64,000 bases of DNA from Octopus sinensis. Lineage: Eukaryota. The notes under the pieces are model-generated. The model saw only the letters and a program-made list of their open reading frames with translations. It was not told the origin of the DNA and did no database searches. The stretch lies in NCBI RefSeq assembly GCF_006345805.1, contig NC_043002.1:63922001-63986000 (forward strand), written 5' to 3'. The position numbers and the translations under genes are program-made. The first letter of the stretch is position 1; the number at the start of each line of letters is the position of its first letter. Below are positions 36,568-49,324 of the stretch, piece by piece.

Positions 36568-36794
36568 TTAAGCCATGTATACCCCTGGTTGGGTTTTCGC
36601 ATCGCAAATACTACTCCTATTTGTTCGAGCATGAACTCGCTGAAAAGCATCTGACTGGGTACACGAATCGTTCAGTAGGTAGTCGACACCCATAGCTAAC
36701 AGTTGCATTCTGTCCTTCTCTTGCAGATTGTGAAAGCTTACACTAACGTTTAATCTGAAAACAGTGAAATCATTTATGGGCATAAATGGGTTAA
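36568..36794. mobile_element. piggyBac-like MITE
   Basis: TTAA at both ends; right end GGGCATAAATGGG|TTAA; left end is a degenerate match (TTAA|GCCATGTATACCCC). Confidence 0.5.
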
Positions 36795-36912
36795 TAATTT
36801 ACTTCAATTATCTATTACCTCAAAATATATGACATCCTTCAAGATTTGCTTTCTACTTCAGAAATACAATGGGCCAGCAACCATTAATATAACAATAACA
36901 TACAAACGTGCA

Positions 36913-36975
<63 letters not shown>

Positions 36976-36978
<3 letters not shown>

Positions 36979-37450
36979 TGTCCAGTGGGCATTTAGACCC
37001 ACAGTGACCATCGCCAAGCAAAGTGCTTGCAAATACCATTCATAATTGTTTGTTTCATTCGGGTTTGCGACTACGATTTTTGTGCTTGCCGCAGAAAACT
37101 TCTAGCAAATTGTCTCCATCATATTAACTTGATTCAGAGACAATTGAAGACAGAATTCTTAGTGCCAATATAGGAATATAGGAGTGCAATAATCTTCATC
37201 GCAAAGAAAAGATCCACAAAATGTTCATTGCCATTACCTGCATATCTGCTTCTATAAAAGATTGACCTTTTCGTAGATATTCTTTAATAACCGCTAGACG
37301 CCACCTTACTCCCAGTGGTCTATTGCTAAATAGTCATTCAACGCTAAATTCATCAGCCGTTTGATAGGCCTTGCTTTTTGTCTTGTGGGTTTTCTAGTCA
37401 CCCTCTTCATAAGAAAAGCATAGTGTATTCATAGATTATATCATAGCATA
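36976..37450 (-). mobile_element. Decayed RTE-like LINE 3' end
   Basis: Ends ...GGACAGCCA before a (TA)n tail on the minus strand, with a remnant of a C2H2-like motif (ICKH...GLNAH); the tail resembles that at 37640. Confidence 0.4.
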
Positions 37451-37639
37451 TAATCCACGATCGCCAAGCAAAATTTTAGACAGCTGATATAAAACTTAAA
37501 TAATGACGATTCTAATCATCATATTAAATAAGTAGTATTTTTAAAAAATAGCATTGCAACGTATAGACAAATTCGGAAATGCTATAACGGACATGCAAGA
37601 ATGTAAGAGATGAGAGGACTCTGTTGCGTCAAATCATAT

Positions 37640-37930
37640 ATTATTATGGCTGCCCCCTCGTTATCGAGTATGGCCATAGCATGAAGCTTAACTGTTACTG
37701 GTGCTGTGATCGAATGTGAATTTTTAGCCCAGCTAAAGATCTACAATGTCTTGTACAGATTGGTAACTAATACCTTTACCGGTAATAGCCGAATGTAGTT
37801 GTAACTGGGCTTCATGTACCTTTGCATATCGTTTAAGACCTCCTGCCGAATCACACTCTCTTCCACATGCCCGACAGATATGATTATTATTGTGTGTTAC
37901 ACTACCACCAGTGACCAGGTTGTCACTCAT
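37640..37930 (-). mobile_element. RTE-type LINE 3' end
   Basis: HICRACGRECDSAGGLKRYAKVH (C-terminal C2H2 motif typical of RTE ORFs) and tail ...ACTCGATAACGAGGGGGCAGCCATAATAAT. Confidence 0.7.
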
Positions 37931-37953
37931 CTGTCTCGCAAAAGACACACACA

Positions 37954-38020
<67 letters not shown>

Positions 38021-39999
38021 AACACAATAGTGAGAGTGAGAGTGAGAGAAAGAGAGACATAGATGTAGATAGATATGTAGGTATGTTTATCTTTATACAT
38101 ATAATTCAGATTATGCTCTCTAAATATTGACAACAGTGTATTATCTATCACCATAAGTCACATTATATTACACATGACTGAATCATTTATATTACATAAC
38201 ATAACGCAGCACCAGTGACAATATACATTCATAGACAACGACAAGAACACACTGACACACTCCTTCGCACTATGTCCTACGGAAAGTTTTAGACTTACGT
38301 TTATGTAACTAGTGAGAATATTGGTATACAAAATATTTAGTAAGATTAATGGTCCTCTTGCGGTTTGCAGAAGGCATTTTCTTTTTCCTCAACTACCCTT
38401 CCATTATGTTTAAAGGAAATGACCACATTTCTTCTCGCTAAACTTTGATAATAAACTTTTCAGATATTATTATGATCTGTATTATGACTTTAATAAAATG
38501 TTCCTTCTATCGCTGCCTAAAATTTCTATTAGATTTGTTATGTACTTGGTGAGATGTGAATATCCGATATCTAATGCCAAAGGACTATTATTATTCGTCG
38601 AGAATACTTTTGACTTTTTATTCTCCCTCACACAAATGTATCGTTTTGCTTACGTATGTATGTGTGCATGTGTATATCAATGTATATGTATGTGCGTGTG
38701 TGTTCACGTGCGTGTGTGCGTGTGCGTATGTGTGTGTGTTTGTGTGTATGTACGATTGCTTGTATATAGGGAACAAACAGATCGAGAAAGGCAAGTTGCT
38801 CCTATTCACTTCTAATACAGCTAGATGTCAATACACCCCAATATTAATTTTGATATGTATCAATAGAAATTTCGTTGTCTATATCCGTGGAGAAATCATA
38901 CGTATATGCATACATGCATACAGATACATACATACGTACCTACATACATACATACATACATACCTACATAAATACGTACATACATAAATACACACACATA
39001 CATGCATACAAACATACATGCATACATATACACATAAATTATTCTCTGCGAGAGGAATAAAAGTCATGCACTTTAGTAGAGGTCAGTTGCTTAGCAGATG
39101 TAAATATACCATCAAAATTAAAACAAAACAAAGAAGGATGCGTTTATGGAGAAGTAATCCGGAAAGTACAGCTCTTGTACCCTGACTATAAATTCTCATG
39201 TGTTCCTATAATGATAGGTGATTTCAGCTATGTACCTACAAATTTACAGGAAAAAAACGTACAAATACTATGTTTCTCGAACAAAGTGCAAAATAGACTC
39301 ACGCATATTTTACAAATCCAATCTGTTAGTGCTACGGTGAATATTTGTAAGTTGGTTTAAATATTCTCCATGAAGAGCTGTAGTCAATATATATATTTCC
39401 TACCTACTGACCAAAGTAGGCACTTACTCATCCATGCTGACACGTCAGTGTCATTATGGAGAACGCATAAAAGAGAATAGCGACCATTGGTGGAGTGTGA
39501 CGTGATCAAAATCCTTGAGGTTGGATTTTTTCAAACGTGTACGTTGATTGTCATTAGAAATACACCACGCTTCAACCAAACAGGATACTCTGAATGTGGA
39601 AAGTTCAATATCCACAACAAGTATAATTTCAAAGACAATAAGAAGACATAGGAGCCAAGATCTATGTGAACCCAGGTCATTTATACTGTCATGAACTAAC
39701 GATCCGATGTATTTGAATGATGGGACTTTTCCTCTTAAGAATTCTACAGCTGAGTTACCACATACCATGTTTGAGTGCGTGTGTGCAAATTTTGCTGTAA
39801 TATCAAACATTAATCAACACATCCATCTTCACGTTCTTAGTTCAAATTTTGCCGAAGTCGATTTGCCTCTCATCATTTCGCGGTCGATAAATTAAGTATC
39901 ACTGAAACACTGGAGTCGAGGTGATCAACCATTCCCCTCCTGACAAATTTGAGGCCTGTCAGAGGATAAATGAACGGTTCTGAAAGGTATAAATACGCA

Positions 40000-40760
40000 T
40001 GCGTGTTGGCGATATCAGAACCATATGTTATGCGCCCTAGTCTCTGTTAAATCACTCGTAATTCTGTTTCAGATAAGTCTTGTTATCTTTTGTTCAAATT
40101 TCTCCCTAACGGGTTTACCTATGGTTGCACTGTTTGCCTTGTGACTTATTGACTTATTGTTGTACTATTTGCCTTGTGGGTTTTTTTCTCCCTCATTTAA
40201 GGGCGAAAATAGTACAAAAACTATGGAAGTGGTGCAGACAGCTGAGCAGTCTCGAGCCGGGAGCTACGCTTCTGTAGCAAGCCATGGAAGTGGTACAGAC
40301 GCCGTTAAACTGCTGGAATTTGAGGAGGTAACGGTGGATATAGATATACTGAAGAAGAGCAGTAAATTAATACAGAGGGAGGGTGTCAAGGCTGAATTTA
40401 ACCCCCTACCCCTGAAGATGTCAATCATATGAGAAATAGAAAAATGGTGGAATACAGAACGCTACCGGTTAAATTAAAAGAAATAGAGCCGACGAGTGAG
40501 GAGGCAATATAAGAATGCCTAAAAGAAATTAAGAAGGACATTTTCGTCTGATTTTAAACAGATAAACATTAGAAGGAAAATAAACAAGTTAAATGGTACT
40601 CCTCGAGAGTGGGGCTCGAGTAGCCATTGCATCCACATTATATTATATTTCCATTTTCATTCACCCGTCTATGTTTTATATCCCCGCTATGTATTTGTAT
40701 TTTCTGTTCTGGTGTTGTCCCTTTTATGTAGGGCCCTGGTGGCCAATAAAGAAATTACCG
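40000..40760 (+). mobile_element. Internally deleted LINE (ORF1 start joined to a 3' UTR), L1/Tx1-like by inference
   Basis: T-rich leader, MEVVQTAEQSRAGSYASVASHG... (SYASVA is typical of ORF1 N-termini), then a tail ending GGTGGCCAATAAAGAAAT; no EN or RT between them. Confidence 0.5.
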
Positions 40761-40998
40761 TGTCCTATGCGCAGCCATGTATTATACAGAGTCGTAGAAG
40801 CTCTCAAGAAGAAATATCGTTTGATTACGTGTTTGTGATTTGAACAATCGGCCAGCAACTAAATTAAAACATCGGAACAATTTTGCATTTCATCCAGTCG
40901 GTCTCGATAAAATAAGTACAAAGTGGACCCTGCGTTCGTTATAATTAACTTACACCCTCCCCAGGAAGTGCTGTGCTTGTGCGAACATTTGAAACCAA

Positions 40999-41406
40999 TC
41001 TCTCTATATATAAACAGCAGTTTGTCTGTCTGTGTGTCTGTGTGGCTGTCAGGTTGTACCCTCACCCTGACCACGGCTTTCAACCGATTCTGATGAAACT
41101 TGACACACACATAGCCCAATGTCATAATTCAAAACTAACGCAGCGAAAATTTTGAAAAGTTCCCCCAGTTCTGAAAAAAATCGATAAATTCGACACGGGG
41201 TCAAGAATCTAAGCTTTTTATATGCAACACATTTTCTGTCGGGAGACAGCTAGGAAAATCGTATACATAGAAGTATTCGAGTGAAGAGAAGACTTTGCAG
41301 CCTACACATGCGCCTTCGTTCCCTAGAGGGAAAGAACTAGATTGGGATTGGTCGTTGCCTACTAGGGGCTCTTACATACCCGGGCAACGCCGGGCTATGC
41401 TGCTAG
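40999..41406 (+). mobile_element. Non-autonomous Helitron (Lep1-like architecture)
   Basis: A|TC 5' end, (GTCT)/(GT) microsatellite near the 5' end, 3' hairpin CCCGG-GCAACG-CCGGG, CTAG|T terminus; inserted at an AT dinucleotide with no TSD. Confidence 0.88.
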
Positions 41407-41539
41407 TATTAACTAAGACGTTGTAACATCTGACTAGTTCTTTGTTATGTTAATGAACTGCTGATGCCACCATAGACAAATATTAATATCATTATTCGTT
41501 TTGTTACGTAAATCCGAAACATGATTAGTAGCATATCGC

Positions 41540-41700
41540 TGGCCTTCAACATTTGAACTCTAATCCCACCTAGGTCGAGATTATATTTCATGATTTCGGG
41601 ATCGATAAAATATGTAACAGTTGAGTAATGGGGATTGACGTAATCGACTTACCTACCCCCATAATTGCTGGCCTTGTGCTATAATTTGAAAACATTGTAA
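41540..41700 (+). mobile_element. SINE family B, decayed
   Basis: AGGTCGAG...TTTCATGATTTCGGGATCGATAAAAT...GTAATCGACTTACC...GGCCTTGTGC. Confidence 0.65.
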
Positions 41701-41879
41701 TTGTTGTAACTCTGATGTAGCTGCTACTACTACTAATACTACCACGACGACGACGACCACCACTACTACTACTTCCTTTTAAATCAGTAGATTTATGATG
41801 GCAATGTTGAGAATCAAAACTAAGTATGAAGTCCGCCTCCAGTGCTCTCTCTTCAATTATATTTCCTCAAATTTACTTC

Positions 41880-42270
41880 GAATCTGAGATATCCTTATAA
41901 ATGTCATTTCCGAAATTAGTTCTACCGGGATCTGAATTCCTATTTCAGCAATCTCTGTTTTATTTTATCTGCTATTGTCCACCAAAGCATCCACAGTTAC
42001 GGGTATTATATGAACAATTTACATTCCCGTTACTGTGCATATTTATCCCTTCAGCGTTTCATATTTCGCCTTATTTTCCTTTCCATTTACAGTCATTCTT
42101 CTATCCCCTTGTGAACCCGTATCAATTATCCAAACTGTTCTCCTCGTTTTCAGAGATCTGCATATCAAGGCTTCTGCATTACATCTGAATTTAGTGAATG
42201 CTGAGCTCCAGAATAGATTTACTTCATTTCGCTCGTCCACCGTTTCAGACGAGTAAGCATTCCTACTCAC
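41880..42270 (-). mobile_element. R4/Dong-type LINE 3' fragment
   Basis: VWIIDTG...KAKYETLK...HIIPVTVDAL...EIGIQIPVELI (RLE C-terminus). Confidence 0.65.
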
Positions 42271-44199
42271 CTCTCCTGTTAGATTATATTGTTATAGAAA
42301 TGAAGTTAGTGGAAAAATCGTTTCACTCGTTCAAATGATGTGTCATTCCCTATTATTTGTATTCTATAAAGAAGTACCACGCTAAATTATACATCCAGAT
42401 TTCCTGTCTATTCTACCGTTCTTTTCATATAAACATATATTTTATTCTGTGATATATTTTACTTCAATTGAAGAATGCTTAATAAATCATTTGTTTGTAT
42501 AACAAACACATATTTTGCTATATTTTCTTTATTTTCGCCATTGAGAATTAAAAAGAATTCTCGCCTCAGGATCCGGGAAGATTGCATAGATATTACGTAT
42601 TTTTTCTTTTTCTATACGATGTTATATTTTACATTCATTCTAAGATCTACTCCTTATTCAATGAGTCTACGTGCTTATTATTGTAATCATGTATTTGCCA
42701 TACGTTTTTAAAAGATTAAAACTAGCTTCTACTTTGCAAATATTCGTTATCGAATTCATTTTATTTTTGCCGTATCGATTCTTGTTAATATATGCCTATA
42801 TACTTATTAATTCATTGTTTCATCGCTTACACATCACTTATATCTATACCATCAGTTATAAATTATCTTCTCTGAACATCAACGCACACTCTTCTTAAAA
42901 TGTTGCATCCATTTCTTCTTTAACATTTTTCATACCTCTTACGATTAGCCATGAAGAGTAGACAAATATATTCGCATTTTTTCTTTTATTAACTCATATT
43001 CCATAGTCGTTATTCCTAAAGACATCACTTAATATAATAAACAAACAGCTCTGGCAATATTGAATCTCACTAGGAAATAAATCCCATTATTTCAACATTC
43101 CTCAACTCACTCACCTGATGACGTAATTTCCCAAGTCTTGTTTATATGCAACAACTAAGGTAGTTATTTTCTTTGCTGTCACATTATCTAAATTTAGATA
43201 TATTCTATCCATAATTGGTGACCCAACCTTAAACATACACTGTATTTAAAGCAACCAAAACTTGTGCGAGGCTCGTATGACTTTTCCGACCACTCAGTAT
43301 TATTTTGTTATTGAGAAGGAGATATTTATAAACTTAACTGTTCTGCAGTAATTATCAGCAATATATCTAGTCAAAATTTATGTATGAAAGTAAAGCATAA
43401 TGTAGAACAGAAATGTTCTTGACAATGGTTGTATTTTTTTTTTCAATGAGTCTGTTGCAGATTTATACCCTGATTCTAATTTGGAGTGTATTGGTTTTCG
43501 AACACGAAACGTAACCGATATTTTGTCACGCCAACAAAAATATGACGAATAATCTTCGGTGTCTTGTGAAAACAAGTGACGGATGAAAAGATGTCAAGAA
43601 AATGTAGCCAATGATAGTCAATGATTAAAACATCAAGTTCTTTGAACGACAATGGAAAAATCATAACGGATCAAAAACAGTCGGAAGAAAATCAGTCAAC
43701 CTTTATTTTTATTAATATCAGCTTAGAGAAAGAGTAGCAAACAACAGCAGTGAAACTGAGTCAGACAAACAGAAACAATGTACATCAGGTCACTGCTCAC
43801 TAAATAGCGATCTGATAGCGGGAGACAAGATACTATTGACAATAGGAACAACAGTAGCTGACAGTCACGAGCAATGAAGCATTACTACAAACAAAATTCT
43901 TTCACTAGCTAATGCGTATTACCAAAAGGCTACTGGAACTTCTGTCGTGCGGATACTTTCGGCTGAATCTGTTTTCACAACCTTGATGGTAACCAAATAC
44001 CAATGTTACTCAAGCTAAGCCCTCCGTTACAACATTTATCATCACACAGGAAAATATTACATTATATTATTAAAATGAATTCCGCCTTTCTACACTTTCT
44101 TTTTTTCTCTGGCGGCCAAATGATTCATTAAAAAAAAAAATTCTCCTAAAGTAACAAAAATATATGTAGACGCACTGCCTGCGACATGTTCAACTCTTT

Positions 44200-45640
44200 T
44201 GCTTTTCTTTTTCATTATACCTTTACAAGTCTTTTACCGCAGACATCGCACTTCCATTTGACATCCATACTGAGAACCTATTCTCACCGACTGCTTTTTT
44301 TTTCTTTTCCTTCAGGTCTAAGTCTATATGCATTGAAATGAGGTTTCTCACGCACTACCAATGAAAGTCGCTGAGATATCAGACTGGTCGAGTGGCAGTT
44401 TTAATACGCTGTTTATTTTATATCACCTATAAGAAAAGTACCATATTTTCTGTCTATTGACTATTTTTCTTCGTCTTTCACTGTTTATATTTATTCAGAT
44501 TCAGTAATATGCTTCATTTCCCTCACAAAATTTATTTGGAGAACTTACTTTCCTGCATCGTATATGACCTGTGATTGATCTTCCATTCCGTTTCAACTGA
44601 TTATAACAGATTCAGTTCATTTTATGCGTGCATCAACTGATATTTACATTTTCCTCCAAAAATATTTAATGATGCAACTCTTTTATCAGATTTACATCTT
44701 TCTTTTTATCTTACATTTTCATCCTAATTCAGCATATATCTCTTGGAATTTCAAGTGAACTACATTTCTTCGATGTAATAAACATACATTGGATCTGCAT
44801 ATTTTTGTATTCTCTGTTCTCCTCTGCTATTATGGTTTTATCTGCTCAACTGCCTCTTACAATGATACCAAGTTTAATTTCATCACATTATATGCATTAT
44901 CTGCTTTCATCAAATTGTTAATTTCCGTTATAGTGTTTCTTTTCTGACGATGGTTAATTTAATTAAGTTTTCAGGTATTTCTTTCCAGCTTAGACCTATC
45001 ACAATTACTAAATCCTCATTCAGTCTCTAAAATCTTTCTTTTGCAGGATTTGAAGAATATTTCCCAGTCTTTCATGATATTCACATAATCCATTATGTTC
45101 TTACAAAAGGATTTTAATTCTACCTTGCTTGAAAATGAGTTTTAAAATGCTGAATACACGGAAAATTACCTGCTTTTTTATTCCTTACACTTCTATCTAT
45201 TGCTTCAGCGGCATCTATAAGTGAGATTTCAGGTCTTATTGTTCCAAGTTCCAATACTGTGAATCATAAACTTCGCTTATCTTTCTGTTGTTACTCAAAA
45301 CTACTTTCATTACTTTCCTCCATCAAACATTTACCATGATATATCACCTGCATTTGTAGCCATTATATTCTTGCAACCAAACCCGGTTCGTTCACATGCT
45401 TCCAACAAGTAACAATCAATACTAATCTTGCTTTCATGCTTAATCGGAATTTCACTCTACAGATTGGTTACCAGTGTAAAGAATGGGACCAAGATACTAT
45501 ACACGATTTTATAAAATTTTGTATGTTTCTATAATTCACAAATACATCTTTCAGTATTTTAGTCCCACTTTGTGTTTACTGTAGCAATATTTTTTGAGCT
45601 GTCCTCTTGCATTTCTATAATCCATACACTACACTGCTGA
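44200..45640 (-). mobile_element. RTE-like LINE RT fragment, heavily decayed
   Basis: Minus-strand remnants of A(Y/C)ETWTL and MEVRCLR, matching the RTE consensus region YACETWTL...MEMRCLR. Confidence 0.6.
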
Positions 45641-45771
45641 TGACTTTATCTGTAAAGCTTCAACAGTGAGTAGCCATCGATCCAATCAATAAAAACCTTC
45701 GCCTCAGAATTCCTGAAATTGTGTGTGAATTCTGAACAGTTGCTATAGCTATTATTATTTTTGTTATTGAT

Positions 45772-46257
45772 TGAGAGAGCAGTGCATGCCAGTAAATTGA
45801 AACGGGTAAAACATACGAAGCCCCAAAATACCAATCATGACTACCTGTCTGATAAGGGTACATCAGGCACATGCATCAGAATCATGTGTGTGACATGGCG
45901 ATCGTATATATAGATAAGCCTCGCATTACCTTGCAGGTGAGGCCCAATTAGAATTTTTATTTTGAGTAGTCTCTCCCGCACGAAAGGTATGTTTGAAGAT
46001 GACGAACATGTTTCCAGAATTGACTTATTAAACCCTAAACAATTCCTCCCAACACACGGCTATGATGCTCACCTAGTACTTCTATCTCATGATCAGAGTT
46101 ACACATATAATCAGCCACTAATGGAATACTCTGACAAGAAAATCTGTGGTATTGCGCAGACTATTTGCTGTAGGTCATCTTTTATACAAACACAAAACAA
46201 GGTACATGATAACACTTCCAATGAGATAACATCAGAAGCCAAGAGAGCTGGTGCCTG
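45772..46257. mobile_element. Non-coding interspersed element bounded by (AAT)n, older copy
   Basis: Collinear with 46345-46929 (GAGAGCAGTGCATGCC...CATCAGAAGCC...GCCTG); flanked by TTA repeats. Confidence 0.8.
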
Positions 46258-46264
46258 ATTATTA

Positions 46265-46326
<62 letters not shown>

Positions 46327-46344
46327 GTTATTATTATTATTATT

Positions 46345-46929
46345 GAGTGAGCGAGCAGAGCATGCCATCAAAGTGACACTGGGGTAAAATATACGAAGCC
46401 CAATATACCCATCATGACTACCCGTCTGATAAAGGTACACCAGGCACATGCATCACAACCATATGTGCGAGACATGGTGATCTCATATCAAGATAAACAG
46501 CACATGACCTTGCAGGTGGAGCCCAGTTAGAATTTTCTTCAAATCGAGTAACCCATCCCGCTCAAAAGGTCCCTGAATAAGGGTTGTTTAAGGACGTTGA
46601 ACGAAACAACCATGTTTCCAGAGGTGAATTATTCAAACCCCAAAGAATCCTTCTCAACACATGGCTATGATGCTCCCCCACTACTTCTGCTCGTGATCAG
46701 AGATGCACATATCGTCAGCTACTAAGAGACATGCTCAACTGGTTAAGGTCAAACAACTGACAAGCAAATCTGTGGTATTGAGCAGAATATTTGCTGTAGT
46801 CCATCTTTTATACCAAGACAAAACAATGTACATGATAACACTTCCAATCAGAAGCCATAAGAGCCACTGCCTGGTACTGCATCCGGGCATTTATACTGCA
46901 TCCGGGCATTTACTGCATCCGGGCATTTA
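46345..46929. mobile_element. Non-coding interspersed element bounded by (AAT)n, younger copy
   Basis: About 585 bp between pure (TTA)n arrays; no long ORF; terminal 18-19-mer triplicated. Confidence 0.85.
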
Positions 46930-46953
46930 TTATTATTATTATTATTATTATTG

Positions 46954-47015
<62 letters not shown>

Positions 47016-47039
47016 ATTTATTACTATTATATGAAATCT

Positions 47040-47220
47040 AAGAACTTATTTTGCTTGGTATGAGTGAAAGTGTCAGCTGTCCACTGTCAGCAGACTAAGG
47101 TGAAACTTGTTTACTGGTTATGCTTCAAGACCCTGCGAAGAATTCTTGCAGTTCCAAGCAATGCTGAATTATGCAGGTGTTCTAACTCCACACTGGCACC
47201 AATCATTTTTCACCGTATCA
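47040..47220 (-). mobile_element. R4/Dong-type LINE extreme 3' end
   Basis: KMIGASVELEHLHNSALLGTARILRRVL, followed on the minus strand by an (AAT)n tail. Confidence 0.85.
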
Positions 47221-47252
47221 TCATCATCATCAGTAGTAGTAGTAGTAGTAGC

Positions 47253-47350
<98 letters not shown>

Positions 47351-47384
47351 CAGCAGCAGCAGCAGAATGAAGGTGGCAGAACCG

Positions 47385-47530
47385 TTAGTAGCGGAGGCAG
47401 AATGCTTTGCAACAGTTGTTTCGATTTTACGTACTGAGTTTCAAATTCCACCGCGGTCGACATTGCGTTTCATCCTTCTGGGGTGGATGACTTAAACTAA
47501 CTGTTTAAAAATTCTGGTCTTGTGCCTTTA
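47385..47530 (+). mobile_element. SINE family B copy
   Basis: GGTGGCAGAACCGTTAG...GAGTTTCAAATTCCACCGCGGTCGACATTGCGTTTCATCCTTCTGGGGT. Confidence 0.8.
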
Positions 47531-47755
47531 GTACAAAGGATTACTATATTTTGAACATATTCTGCAAAAGCTCACATTATTTGTTTTCTTAACTCAGAAC
47601 CGTGACCCCAGTTAAGTCGTGAGAATGATTCTGAAGTGAAAAGACAAAGAAAATAATTTGACACATCAAAATCTCTCTAAAGAGAGATATGTGTGTATAT
47701 GTATGTATATAAATATATATATATATTATATATATATATTATATATATATATAAT

Positions 47756-47814
<59 letters not shown>

Positions 47815-48199
47815 GTGTATGTGTCTGTGTCTGTGTATGTGTGTATGTATGTGTGTGTGTATGTATGTCTGTATGTATATATATATATATATATATGTAT
47901 ATGTATATGTATATATATAAATACACACACACACACACACACACACACAAAGAATGCATTAGATGCGAGAATTGACAGCCAAGTGAATGTAGCTCTAGTC
48001 TTTCATATTATCGAACAAATTGATTTTCGGACGTGACACTGAACATGTCTTTGGGCAGCAATTAGCCTCTTGATCTGTGCAATTATCAATGATCAATAAC
48101 GATTTCAGACAGAAACGTGGTGCGCCAACTGGCATATGAGCAAATGTATGAATTTAGGCTTATATATAGAGAGAGATATATATGTGTGTGTAAGTATAT

Positions 48200-48231
<32 letters not shown>

Positions 48232-48381
48232 AATATATAGATAGATAGATATAGATAGATAGATATATAGATTTATAGATAGATAGATAGTTAGATAGAT
48301 AGATCGATATACATATACACACGCTCATATATATGTATCTTTACGTGAGGGCTTTACATGTGTACCGTTATATACATGACT

Positions 48382-48418
<37 letters not shown>

Positions 48419-49140
48419 TATATATATGCATACACACATATATGTACACTTATATATGGATATATGGATAGGTAAACAAATAGATAGGCAGACGGACAGA
48501 CAGCCAGGTGGGCAGATAGGTATAGATTTTTCTATGATGATTTTAATTACATACAAATAGAAGCAAGCAGTGTTTTAGTTTTCTCCATCTCCAGCAACGA
48601 GGGTATTCAGATGCCTATGAGTGGAAGACAATAATATACAAGGAATATTAATAATGAGAATGTTGATAATGTTGATGATGATTACAGACATTATGATGAT
48701 GATGATGATAGTGGTGATGGTAGTGGTAATGTGATGACGATGATGTGGAGGAGGAACTGATATGAATAAGAGGAATAGAAAGGCAGCCATGCAGTATGGG
48801 AAAGCCAGAAGAAAGAATATCCTCCTACTTATATAACATGATAAGGGTGCTTAAATGGAAACCGGAAAGATAATTCCAGCAGTGATTTGGCATCTAGTAT
48901 CAAAACAAAAACGATGAATAGATGATAATAGCCAAGAAAGGAAAAAATGATATTAATACTAAGGATTGTTCAACAACGTCTGGCCACACTAATTTGCTCC
49001 TTGTCTAGGTTATGCATACCATGGATGAATGAACGAATTTCATCTAATATATAGACTTAAACTCGCCAACACCGGTTGTCAAGCGGCGATGCGAGACAAG
49101 CACAGACACAAGGGCACGTACGCACACACACACACACACA

Positions 49141-49174
<34 letters not shown>

Positions 49175-49324
49175 ACACAAACACAAATGCAAACACACAC
49201 ACACACACACATACAGAATCTGAGGAAACAATATTCGTGAAAGTGATTGTTAAAAATAATCCTGATGCCAACTGGGTTTAACCAAATATATTGATTAAAA
49301 ATTCCTTAATATATATGTATAAAC

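Noticed and set aside
39430-39810. 118-aa minus-strand ORF and GA|GTAAGT donor
   Set aside because: The ORF stops before the donor, the acceptor-defined exon is closed in all frames, and no homology was recognised.
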